Shown: positions 35,764 through 46,884 of the stretch, piece after piece
Layout of the letters: each line of letters starts with the position of its first letter
How positions within the stretch are numbered: the stretch's first letter is position 1
Source of the DNA: Bugula neritina
Lineage: Eukaryota > Animalia > Bryozoa
Reading direction: 5' to 3'
Assembly: GCA_964035545.1 (NCBI GenBank)
Contig: OZ037772.1
Span: forward strand, 4,121,538-4,185,537
Length of the DNA: 64,000 bases
Notes under the pieces: model-generated
Told to the model about the DNA's origin: nothing
Database searches by the model: none
Seen by the model: the letters and a program-made list of their open reading frames with translations, nothing else
Program-made: the position numbers and the translations under genes

Positions 35764-36841
35764 CTAGAGTCCTTGTTGGGCACGCCGGTGCTTGGCTTGG
35801 CATGTACGCAGTTTCCTTTTCATACGGCATACGGATCCCTTTAGCTGGAAGAGTCCTGTTGTAGTGTTAAGTAGATCTGGTGCCAGCTGGGTGAACTCTT
35901 CTTGTAATCGTAGGAGGTGTTCTTCTACTGTGGCTAGGCGTACTGGGTCTGGGGACGGTGTCCGTCTGCGGCGCAAGGGTGGACTGGGGGACCTGGTTCG
36001 TCTCTTCGTCAGAGTAGGGGAGATCTCTCCTTCTTCTGGATATGTAGTTTCTTCGGGGGTGTATGTAATTTGAGGGCGGTCAGACACCAACGGAGATTGT
36101 TGGCGGGCGTTGTCTAACACACGTTGGAACCCCGAGGACAGAACGGCTAATAGCATGGCCTTCTTCACCAGAGGTCGTATAAGTGTGAGGAACTCCGGGT
36201 ATAGCTTAGCGTCGACCACGTAGTTTTCTCCAGGGAAACAGCCCGCCGCTCTGTGTCTGGTGACGGGGTAGGGATACACGTCATTGTACCCGCAGGGGCA
36301 GAATGTTAGTAGGAGATGAGCATTGACGTGTAAATTAAGGGAGCAATGAGAGGCGCAGTCTTCACCACAGATCTGGCATCTCGTCCGTCCTCTGGACCCC
36401 CAGGCTGTTTCTATTTCTTCTTCTGTTTGTGGAGACACCCACCGCCAACGGCGGCGTAGTGGCTCAGGCCGGTCACCACTAGCATACTCCTCTGGATACG
36501 GAGCGGGAAGTGTTCTATCCCGTACCCTGGTTGTAGCGGGTCGAGTGTAATCTGAAAAAGTTTCAACAGTGTTAATACAGTACACTGCTGTGTTGTCAGC
36601 TTGAACAGCTTGGCAACTCCTAATTCAGTTACCTCGTAGAGATTTATGGTAGTGAATAGTCAGATAGAACACGTATTGCAATGAGATTATAAAAATCTCT
36701 AAGTCAAACTGAGTTCTTACTACGGTATTTCACTAACCTATCTCCAGCTCGATTGACTCGGTGAGTCAGAGCTGAGCGATGCAATCTAGTTTCGTATTAA
36801 GATATAGTTAACTCACCCCACGATCTGTTGTCGTAAGACAT
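35764..36841 (-). CDS. Element C ORF3: two-exon zinc-finger and coiled-coil protein (270 aa; exons 36817-36841 and 35764-36551)
   Basis: ATGTCTTACGACAACAGATCGTGGG|GTGAGT...TTTTTCAG|AT gives MSYDNRSWDYTR. Motifs CQIC-x12-HVNAH and CPC-x12-H-x4-C, then RRTRSPSPPLRRRRTPSP and the helix RLATVEEHLLRLQEEFTQLAPDLL. Confidence 0.85.
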
Positions 36842-36865
36842 ACTGAATGTGTGAAATGGTTTGAA

Positions 36866-39800
36866 CTACTGCTTAGAAACACGTCTACTCCTGACTGCAT
36901 CAGCGTATGAAAAGATCGAGCAACGTGGTTGGGGTGCGTGATTAAGACTTTGTGCACCCGGCGGATGAATTTTGTTTCTATTTCCGCCGATGCAAAAGTT
37001 GATATTTCCGTGGTGTTGACAACTCCCACATTTGCTCGATTCTTTTCTCGTACGGTTTTCCCCTAGACTTTCATGCGTGCCGCTTTTAACGCAGTCACAT
37101 ACGAAGTCCTTCAAGTATGCGGGGGGTTGCCTCGTACGCTGTCCCCTTTCTAGGGGGGGTGACACGCTTGCCGGTTCGTTAGTAGGGGCCTCTAATGGCG
37201 TCTCTACTTCACCGTCAGCGGTCACCTCTTCTTGTTCTCCGGATGGAGCCCCTCCCTCCGTGGGGGTTTGCACTTCCGGAACCGGCTCGGTTTCTGGAAG
37301 TGATGGAATTAGACTTGGCGGTGGCGGACACGCTTCTGTTGACAAAAGCTGCCGCTCCTCTCTCACCAAGGTTTCTTCCCGCGGTATGACCACTTCGTAT
37401 TCAGGTCCATGCCGCCGTCGCCCGCGCGTTGTTGTCTGCCTCCTGGGCTCTAACAACGGGGGGGCTTCTCCCACTCCGTCGGGGCTAGCCCAATACGGTT
37501 TCAAGCGAGACTCGTTCTGGATAGACACCTGTCCTGAGCGCTCGATCTTGTACGTATGATTGGGCATAGCCTCGACGACCACGTAGGGCCCTACGAACTT
37601 AGGCTTCAGCTTATCAGCCTGTCCGCGGCGCCTACGGTAATTGACCATCCACACCTTATCTCCCATTTGATAGAGAGGTGGTTCATCGGAATCTTCGTGC
37701 CGCACCTTCCACTGCTGTTGGCGCAGTATATCGTGTGCGGCCTTCATCCGTTCCACTAGTTCACTGGCATACTCGTGGACTGAGTTATCTTGCTCTGGAA
37801 CGTGATAGGTGAGATGGTCAGGGACACGAGTCTCTCTCCCGAGCATCAAGAGGTTTGGGGTCTCACCAGTACTGGTGTGTGGGGTGCTACGGTATGCACG
37901 CATGACTTGCGGCAACACCGTATCCCATTCCTCTTGACCTCGTCCAAGGAGGAGACTCCGGAGTGCTTCACCTAGCATCCGGTTGTTGCGCTCCACCACC
38001 CCGTTACCTTGAGGGTGGTAGGGGGTGGTCCTGCTCTGATTTACTCCCCAGAGGTGGCAAAGGTCGCTCATCAGTTGAGACTGGAATTGAGCGCCTTGAT
38101 CAGAGTGTATCTGTTCGGGGAGCCCAAAATAACAGAATACATGTTGGTCTAGTGCCCTGGCCACTGTTGGGGCTGATGCATCTGGGATAGCCAGAGCATC
38201 CGCCCACCTAGTAAAGTGGTCGGTTAGTACTAGGATCCAATTATTGCCTCTGGGGGTCAGGGGCATGGGTCCGACCAGGTCTACAGCGACTACTTGCCAG
38301 GGCCTACCAGCGTATAGCCTCCGCCGTCCTGCTTCACCAGGGGGGCGGCTATGCTTACTGGCCTGGCAGATCTCACACTGTTTGACTCTGAGCCGGACAT
38401 CACGCTCCATTTGTGGCCAATACCACCGAAGTCGTAATTTGGACATCACTCGCTTGACCCCTGCGTGGGCCTGCTTGTGAGTATCCCAAATCAACTCACG
38501 GCGGATGGCTGTGGGGCAGACTACCCTCTTCTTTTCCGGGTGTCTGCCGCTGGCAGCTAGAGAGATGGTTAGCAACCCATCCTGCCCGATCCGCAGCGAG
38601 TCCCAACGCTGACAGTATAGCCGGAATTCGGCGCAACCCTGTCGTATGCGTTCCTCGCTGGGTCGTCGCCCTTCCCTTTTGGCCCGGTATATGTCTGCCA
38701 CGACTCCAGGCAGCTCTTCTTGGAGCTTTTTCAGCTCTCGAACATTACCGGCCAGTACAGGGTTGGCGCGGAGGTTTTGTACATCCTCCGGGGACTCATC
38801 AACTCTTTGCCTGAGTTGACCTTGATCCCAGTCAAACGGTGCTCCGTGGTGAGCCAGCATCTCCAACTCGCATCGCGGGGACCTCCATCCCTCCTCTCGA
38901 TGTTGAGACACTGTTTGCAACCTCCGTCAGGTCGGCGACTCAACCCATCTGCATTGCTGTGTCTCTTGCCCGGTTGATGTTCGATCCGGTATGAGAATTC
39001 AGCTAGGATTTCGAGCCACCGGGCGACCTGACTAGAGGGCTCTGCTCTCCTGCACAACCAGATCAGCGAGGCATGATCCGTACGCAGCCGGAACTTCCTG
39101 CCGTATAGGTATGGTCTGAAGTGCTTCACTGACTTGATTACTGCCAGCAGCTCCTTGCGGGTAGTGCAGTAATTTCGTTCAGCGGGTGAGAGAGACTTGC
39201 TGTAGTAGGCTACTACTACCTCTCGGCCTTCCTGCACTTGTGACAGCACAGCGCCAACATTTTGGTCACTGGCGTCCGTGTCTAGGATGTACTCCAGAGT
39301 GGGGTCTGGGTAGGCCAAGATGGGCGCCGTTAGTAGGCAGCCCTTGAGGCGGTCGAACGCTTCTTGTTCGACTGGAGTCCACTGCCATGTCACTCCCTTT
39401 GCGGTGAGCCGGTTTAACGGCTGGGCTATGCCCGCAAAGTCTGGTATGTATTGCCTGTAATACCCTACCAGCCCCAAGAAAGCCCGGAGTCCGGTCAAGT
39501 CTTGGGGGGTGACCCAGTCTTCTACTGCCCGTACCTTTTCGGGATCCGTTGCCACGCCGTTTCGACCGACAACGTGCCCCAGGTACTTGACCTCCGGCTG
39601 CAATAGAGCGCACTTGGAAGGTTTGAGCTTAAGACCGGCACCTCGGAGTCTCTCGAAAACCTCCTGCAGAGGACTGACATGTGTCTCGAAGTCTGGAGAG
39701 ATTACGATGACATCATCGAGGTAGACCAGCAGTGTCTTCCAATGGAGTCCGCTAAGGACTTGTTCCATCAGCCTCTGGAAGGTGGCTGGGGCGGAGGTTA

Positions 39801-41436
39801 ACCCGAAGGGCAGCACCCTCCACTTCCACAAACCGTCCCGTGTGATAAACGCCGCTTTCTCTTGGGCGTCGGGACTCAGAGGAACCTGCCAATAGCCGCT
39901 TAGCAAGTCTAACGTACTGAAGTACTTGCTGCCGGCTAGGGCGTCCAATGACTCGTCAATACGAGGTAGAGGGTAGGCGTCCTGTATGGTTACGCTATTG
40001 AGTTTGCGGTAGTCCACACAGAACCGCCAACTGCCGTCTTTCTTCCGGACTAGTACGACTGGCGAGCTCCACGCACTATGGGCGGGCTCTATCAGTCCCC
40101 GGTCCAGAAGATCCCGTACTTGTCGGCTAACCTCCTTCTCTTTCTCCGGCCCCAGCCTGCGTGTGGGCTGCCGGACAGGGACTGTCCCTGCAGTCAGCGG
40201 TATTTCGTGTCTGACAATTCCAGTCAGTCCCACGTCATGCTCTCCGCTGCTGAACACATCACCGTAGTCGCGTAGTAACTTAGCCATAGCTTGGCGTTCT
40301 CTGTTACTCGCGCAGCCGCCACTGGCTGTTTCGTATAACTCCCGGAGATGTGTTGGGACTGCCCCTCGTCCCTGAATAGGGCACTGAGGGAGTGCCTCTG
40401 TCGCATCACCCAGCGACGGGCCTACGTCTCCCTCCTGAACAGAGTGAAAACGGCCCAGCATCGACCCAGCCGGGAGCTTGATAGGCTCGGTAAAGGGGTT
40501 GACGCACTGCACTAAGATCTCCCCTTGCTCAGTCAGCTGATTCAGACTGCTGGCAAGTTGGATCTTTTCGTGCGCGCCTTCAACCACCTCGAGTCCAGAG
40601 ATCCGGCTATTATTCACCCTGCAGTGAATGGTAGCCCGGGAGCGGCCTGGTATGATACGGTTGCGTACCACTTGCACACCTCCCACTAAAGGGCGGCCGA
40701 ACTTGTCGACGCAGGCGAGTTCCCGCCCGGACATCATCATTGCAGATCTGCTAAAATCTATGTGACATCCGTGCCGTTTAAGGAACGGCATCCCGAGGAT
40801 AGCATCCTCCTTGAGCTGACTGACGATGAACATCTCTTGGATCGTTTGATCACGGACTCGTCCCGTCAGCTCAATTATACCATAGAAGGGAAGGCACGAC
40901 CCGTCAGCTAGGGTGCCATATTCCCCTTCGTATGCCTCCATCTCGCCCCTGACCCTAGCACTGAGGGTGTCGAAGAGTTGGCGGCTTAAGAGGTTCGTGG
41001 TACAGCCCGAATCAATGAGGAAAGTAACAGCTTTGCCTTCCAGTTTGCCGGGCAAAAAATAGCTGTTCCCATGGGGCTGCACCTGAACTCTCTCTTCAGG
41101 CCTTACTCTCGCAGGGAGTACCTTCCTCGCTTTGGGTCGCGAAGAAGGTCTCTTAGGGCGGTGGTAGGTAGGCCTCGGGGGTGCCGAGGCTAGATTCTCA
41201 GCTACCTTTGTGTGCTCCCATCCAGATTCTTGGACTTGTAGCCTTGTGAATCTGTTGTGAAGGAGCATAGAAAAGGCAGCCGCGGGGCGAAGCCCCTTGC
41301 TGGTCCGTCGTGGCTGTTGCCACTGTTGGTTGCCAGTACGCGGTACCCGTCTGGGTGACCTGCGTTTCTTCTTCCCTGGGGGTTTCATCGTCGGCCCGCG
41401 GAAGGCGGGAACATCTGCGGGCCGCGGTAGTTTAAC
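36866..41436 (-). CDS. Element C Pol (PR-RT-RNase H-IN) with a 1-nt frameshift at ~38877-38880
   Basis: FLIDSGCT, YLDD and DTDAS lie in ORF 38731-41496; HKQAH..CEIC, VDLVGP, HSDQG, VERNN and GPY lie in ORF 36866-38920. The frames join if one base is restored in the G run, by comparison with element E. Confidence 0.92.
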
Positions 41437-42338
41437 CCCTGATTTAGGTAGGGACAGTATCGGCGGAAATGTCCTTGATTTCCGCACTCCCAGCAAAAAC
41501 TGACTGTTTCTCCTTGTGGTGGCGCCGATGGCCGCATGGGCTCAGGGGCGGTACTCACTGGGGTTTGTGGTGTCAGTGTTGCTATCAGCTTGGCTAGCAT
41601 GTCCGTCAATTGAGTGACTTTTGATGCCGTCGCCAACTGAGACACGGCAGCCGCGGCGGGAGTTTCCTCCCCTTGTCCTGCGGCCGTGTCCGCGCGGTCT
41701 ATCTCCACTTGACGGGAGCTCCCGCGACTTTTATGCATTTGATTAGCTAGGAGGTAAGCTTCCCCCTCAGTCAGAGCATCTTCAACGGTGGTGACTCCCC
41801 TAGCTAGAAACTGGTGGTGGAGACCCAGATCATCGACAGATGCTATGAAAGCGTCGAGGGTATACCTCTCGCGGTTGACTGGGGGCAAGTCGCTGTATGC
41901 GATCTGTGCCAGCTTCATGACCGCAGCGGCATGCTCCCGCAGCGGGGTGCGGGGATCACGCCGCAACCTCTGCAATCGGGCCCTGGCATCTGTAGCAGAG
42001 AGGCCAAAGCGGGCCCGCAGAGAAGCAAAGATATTATCAATGTCTACGCCCAGCCCATAGGGCTTGGCTTTGTCCATCAATGCCATTCTAAGCTTCAGCA
42101 AGGCCACCCTAGGGGGCCACTGGGCGACGTCCATTACGTCGCTAAACTCTTGGATAAATTGTTCCACCTCCTCTTCACCCGTGAAGGTGGGCGCCTTTAA
42201 CCGGTAACGGTCCTCAGCTAGTTCTCGCGGAACCCTTCGCTCTTCTACTACATGGTTAACAGGCATTGTCTCTACAGCATTGTCTCTACGCTCACCTTCT
42301 ATTGCCGGTGGTTGAGTTCCAGCATTCTCAGTCTCCAT
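41385..42338 (-). CDS. Element C Gag with CCHC knuckle
   Basis: 317-aa ORF with CWECGNQGHFRRYC; GTTAAAC slippery site at 41430-41436 followed by a GGCCCGC/GCGGGCC stem. Confidence 0.93.
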   Translation of the reverse strand: METENAGTQPPAIEGERRDNAVETMPVNHVVEERRVPRELAEDRYRLKAPTFTGEEEVEQFIQEFSDVMDVAQWPPRVALLKLRMALMDKAKPYGLGVDIDNIFASLRARFGLSATDARARLQRLRRDPRTPLREHAAAVMKLAQIAYSDLPPVNRERYTLDAFIASVDDLGLHHQFLARGVTTVEDALTEGEAYLLANQMHKSRGSSRQVEIDRADTAAGQGEETPAAAAVSQLATASKVTQLTDMLAKLIATLTPQTPVSTAPEPMRPSAPPQGETVSFCWECGNQGHFRRYCPYLNQGLNYRGPQMFPPSAGRR

Positions 42339-44766
42339 CTTGGATGCACAATCCCACCCCTGCCACCACTGTTATAATTTTCAGATTTAGGGTTGATGTG
42401 CTATCCAGAGAGTCTATTTATTTACTATAGAACTGCACCAGGATAAGTCGAGTGAACGAGTATATTTTACACACAATTATACATTATAAAAACGATACAT
42501 TATTTCCAGACAAGTTACACATCTAATCTATTTCACACTCTAGCTTCGACTGAGTTAGCAGCGGGAAACTACAATTGCTGCTAACTATCAACTACGCTAA
42601 TTGGTTATCCATTGTTCCGGGTCAATTGCGCGACCCTACATGTTGTGCTGCTGGTAGTTCCACAAACCACCACACTATGACTATCAGTATAACTATGACT
42701 ATCAGTATTAGTATGAGTATCAGTATCCGTCTTCTTGGGTTAGGCAAATTTTCAACTTCTGCGCTGGGATGAAAATTCAACTAATTTTATTTTCAAAGCT
42801 CACGTTTAAAAAACTACAGTGCAAGCAAAAATTATCTAATATCGATGCTTAAAAACAAAAAGAAAACCTATCCATTTCAATTCAACTAATGCCTTGGGCT
42901 TGTAGCTTACTCAATGTTGCCTAACAATTTACAACATCCGCTGCGTCTTTATTGTTAGCTAGGGAACCAAAAATCCGAACAGCCTACATAACGTTTTTCA
43001 GACTAGGGGGCTTGTTTTTTGTGTTATGTATTAGAATCTTTTCCACCGATCTTCTCAATTTGTTTTTATGACCATGGGCAAGGCCAAGGTTTCTCCCGCG
43101 GATCTGCAGCAAAAATGAAGAGGATTGTTGTGAAACAGAAGTTGCATTTGTGTAGTTTATCATTAATATTATTATTAATGATATTAATTATTGATAATAT
43201 TAATTATTATTATTAATCTCTTGAATTTTTTACTCATAATGATATGATTATGTCTATTTATTATTATATCCATATAATTACCATAATATCAATTATAATG
43301 ATACTCATAATCATAATGATAATGATAGTTAGTGTTACCTCCAGTTACCTCCAGATTACGATCATGCTAGACCACTAGGTAGCAGAAGCGGCATGCCTCA
43401 TATGTTTACGGTTGGTCAGAAAGTAAAATGCATACAATAGATCATAAATTGGTTGCAGTGTGTGTTGCATTATTGTTTATTAGTACGGGTAAGTTAACCT
43501 GTCAATGTTTAGATTATTCTGTGTGTAAATTAGTCTTGCAAGGATTGTTCCCTTTAAGGTCACGGATTGTCCGTGGCAGGAAGCTGTTATAATAGCAGTT
43601 ATTATTGGTGCTGACTGATCTTGGCTGTCCTAGTGTTTGGGCCCTAGTTTGGATAAAAACTTTCCGAGGTATTTATTAGTTCGTCATACGCTGCAGAGAG
43701 TGCTGGGTGATATTCTTCCTTTTGGCGTATCCTCATAAGGAGTCTTAGTCGTTGAGTTCTTCTTCTTTCATCGAGGGCGGCCTCGTTAATGATAATGTCA
43801 ATCACCAATGATAATCATAGTCATAATGATTATTATTTATATTTATAAATTATTATTAATATTGATATTATAATTTTATGTTTATATTTTTGAGTTATAC
43901 TTTAATAACAATATAACTATAATGATTGTCATATATCGTTGAATTTGACATTTGATTTGTCATTTGATCAATATTGACATCGATAATTTGATAATAAATA
44001 TTATTAACATAATGATAATTTTCTTGTTGGTGTATTTTAAATAATAAAATCTTAATAGTAATAGTTGTAGCATAAGTATAACTTTAAGTTAACGTCTAGG
44101 CACGTCTTGAGTTTGTGATGTAACTAAATCAATATCAAGTTCAAGTTGTGATACCCTCATGATTATGATTATAATGATCTTTGTACTTTATAGAGCATGA
44201 TTACTCGATATTTCTTACTCTTATTCTAAAACAAATGTTCATTTTCATACTTGTGTTGTTATTAAACTATATTAATAGCTAAAGGCCTGCTTCTAGTTTT
44301 GAATGTTTAAAACGTACTTAACATACTGCACTTGCAGCTCTATTTTTCAAAATTCATCCTTCAGTTGATAATGCTATATTACTAGTAACTTCTGCTACTT
44401 AGTAAGAATTTGCATACCATGCATTAAATCAACTTCATTGCAACTTTGAGCAAAGTAAAGCTACATCTGTTATACTAATACCTTGGTGATGTTTTCTGGC
44501 ATATCACTTTTTTTGCTAAGAAAGTTTCTACGGCCATGTAATTGCCAACTTGTAGAAGGCATGCAGTACTAACTTTTCTCTTTCGTTTATTACAGGAATA
44601 TTTGACACTATCTTCCTATTGCTTTCAATTTTTTGTATTCATATTTTTTTAGATTTGTAATTACGACTACACTACTGTTGATAGGTTTGGATTTTCTCCC
44701 ACATTTACAATGACAAAAATGGATTTGATTTTCACACTGAGTCTGATATGCTGTTTAGTTGTTTAG

Positions 44767-45837
44767 CTGTGAAGGAACTGTTAGCTGCGGCACAAAACCA
44801 CTTGAGGAAATTCTCCTGGCAGATGCACCCTCAAGGCAGATGGAAAATCGTCTCGAATCAAACAAGTCGTTGCGAAATGATTTGAATTTTTCAAACAAGT
44901 GTGGTAACCAAACCTTGCACCTACTCAATGAAGTGTCTAATAGATCCATGTGGGCCTTCAAAGTGAGTTGGCTAACTTGTTTGATATTTATTTTTATTCA
45001 TTTGACATCTAGTGAAGCTATTTGCAGTATGATTTGGTCGCCATGTTGCAACTTAGAGTAACTATAACTTTGAGATTGTAAGCTAAAATCTACACAATAT
45101 GTTCATTAAAACTGTTCTCTGCTTGTCACCAATTGCAATATTAACTTTCTATATAACCCTGGATTATATTAGCTCAGTATAATTTTTTAGGCTCAGTTCC
45201 TTAGAATATAGTGTTTTATGGTTAGTTCAACTTAGCATGTTATGCAACGTCTGCTAATTTTTGGATATATGAGACATTTTTAGAGGTGTGAGCTATGATC
45301 AAAAAGTCAATCTTTTTTTACTTTGCTCTCTGCTATTCTTTCACCATATTCTACACTATTTTACCTTATTCTTGCACACCATTTTTTACATTACATTACA
45401 TTCTTATTTTTTACCTACTCTTACACCACATTCTACCTTATTTCACCTTATTCTTGCACCATATTCTACATTATTCTACCTTATTCTTGCACCATATTAT
45501 ACATTATTCTACCTTATTCTTGCATCATATTCTACATTATTTCACCTTATTCTTGCACTATATTTTATATTATTTCACCTCTTTCTTACACCATATTCTA
45601 CCTTATTCTTAGACCATATTCTATCTTATTCTTACACCATATTCTATTCAAGTGTTGGATGCTTGGGAAAATCCACCGACCGGATTTTTCACTAGAATAC
45701 TCAACTGGGCTGGTGACTACCAGAAGTGTGTTGCCATCAGATCTACCTACGGAGAGAATGATGACCCGAGTATGATGCTCTATCAGGGGAGGTACTGCTC
45801 CGAGATACACCCTAGCATGGCGGCCAATGACGGACAG
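44767..45837 (+). pseudogene. NRF-6 (nose resistant to fluoxetine)-like N-terminal domain fragment, two exons (44767-44962 and 45653-45837)
   Basis: ..SMWAFK| and |LDAWENPPTGFFTRILNWAGDYQKCVAI..YQGRYC match the NRF-domain pattern WAxKMLDAWGKxPxG..NWxGxYxEC..GxYC. The exon phases are incompatible (0 vs 1), conserved Gly residues are replaced, and no acyltransferase exons follow. Confidence 0.75.
45343..45647. repeat. Intronic minisatellite, ~33-bp unit
   Basis: TTCTTGCACCATATTCTACATTATTTCACCTTA-like units, which produce the spurious ORFs in all three frames. Confidence 0.85.
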
Positions 45838-45993
45838 GTACTAAGTCTATTTTAAGGTCACATCAGGTTTCTAAATCCAATTGCAGCTGCAATTTCTTTC
45901 CAACTTTCAGTGTTTACAGGATAATGTGAGTTTTGGCAGCCTTCGCTGTCGGTATTTTGACCTTGATGAAAATTAGGTGGTGGAGAAATGAAT

Positions 45994-46190
45994 AGCTCCA
46001 ATATATGAGATGTCTTGTAGCTTCAATATATGAGATGTTTTGTAGCTTCAATATATGATATTTTTTGTAGCTTCAGTATATGAGATTTTTGTAGCTTCAA
46101 TATATGATATTTTTTGTAGCTTCAGTATATGAGATTTTTGTAGCTTCAATATATGATATGTCTTGTAGCTTCAATATATGAGATTTTTGT
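45994..46190. repeat. Minisatellite, ~25-bp unit
   Basis: TGTAGCTTCAATATATGAGATxTxT repeated about 8 times. Confidence 0.85.
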
Positions 46191-46308
46191 GTGTCATAAA
46201 TATGAAAGGTTAAATCTTACATCAGTAGACTGGATAGTTGATGCTGTCAGATTTTGAAACATAAATAAATTAGCCATGACTGTATAAAGCTTATACTATA
46301 CTAATCAG

Positions 46309-46371
46309 ATCTGTGTTAACGAGGTGTGCACACTGACATGTAAAAGTTACTCTGAGTGTGCATCCAACCAG
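46309..46371 (+). pseudogene. Isolated 63-nt phase-0 exon encoding one Cys-rich repeat unit
   Basis: cag|ICVNEVCTLTCKSYSECASNQ|gt; the Cys spacing resembles repeat modules of Cys-rich extracellular proteins. The parent gene is not identifiable. Confidence 0.5.
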
Positions 46372-46884
46372 GTTAGACACTGCATACATGTCTCTATCCT
46401 AGCAGCTAATTGCACGACCATATATGGAAGTATGCAATTCTATGTCTATATATGGAAGTATTTATCTCTGTGGCCATATATGGTAGCAAATGTCCTTGTG
46501 CATGTCCATATTTGGCAATATGTATATCCGTGACCATATATGGTATGAACATATTTTATGACAAACTGTTTCTATGATGCATGTAGCTGTATGCGTTTTT
46601 ATGACCATATTATATAACAGCAATGTGAATAACAGTTGATGAATGTATGCATTTCTATGACCTTATAGCTGTATATTTCTTCATGACTGTATTTAGTAGT
46701 AAACTATCTCCATGATCATGATATAATATCTATTAGGCAGACTTTCTATTACACATCAGGTCTACTCTGACAGTAGCCTGTATACGTATAGATATCATTT
46801 ACTGACTGGATGTTTTTCCTAACATCGCCCATAGCCTTTTTCGTGGCTCGAACCTATTATTTCGTGTTTACTAGGCAAACCCTC

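Larger units (their letters stand above)
35171..42674 (-). mobile_element. LTR retrotransposon C (Ty3/Gypsy), complete gag-pol-ORF3 architecture with one frameshift in pol
   Basis: 305-bp LTRs at 35171-35475 and 42370-42674 with three mismatches seen. TSD CTAT at 35167-35170 and 42675-42678. tRNA-Leu-type PBS TGGTGGCAGGGGTGGGAT at 42351-42368; G-rich PPT next to 35476. Confidence 0.95.

Noticed and set aside
29973-42200. Many short antisense or alternate-frame ORFs within B and C (and likewise E)
   Set aside because: These are expected in GC-rich coding DNA and show no motifs or independent signals.
45288-45775. Three overlapping hydrophobic ORFs
   Set aside because: They are products of the 33-bp stop-poor minisatellite.
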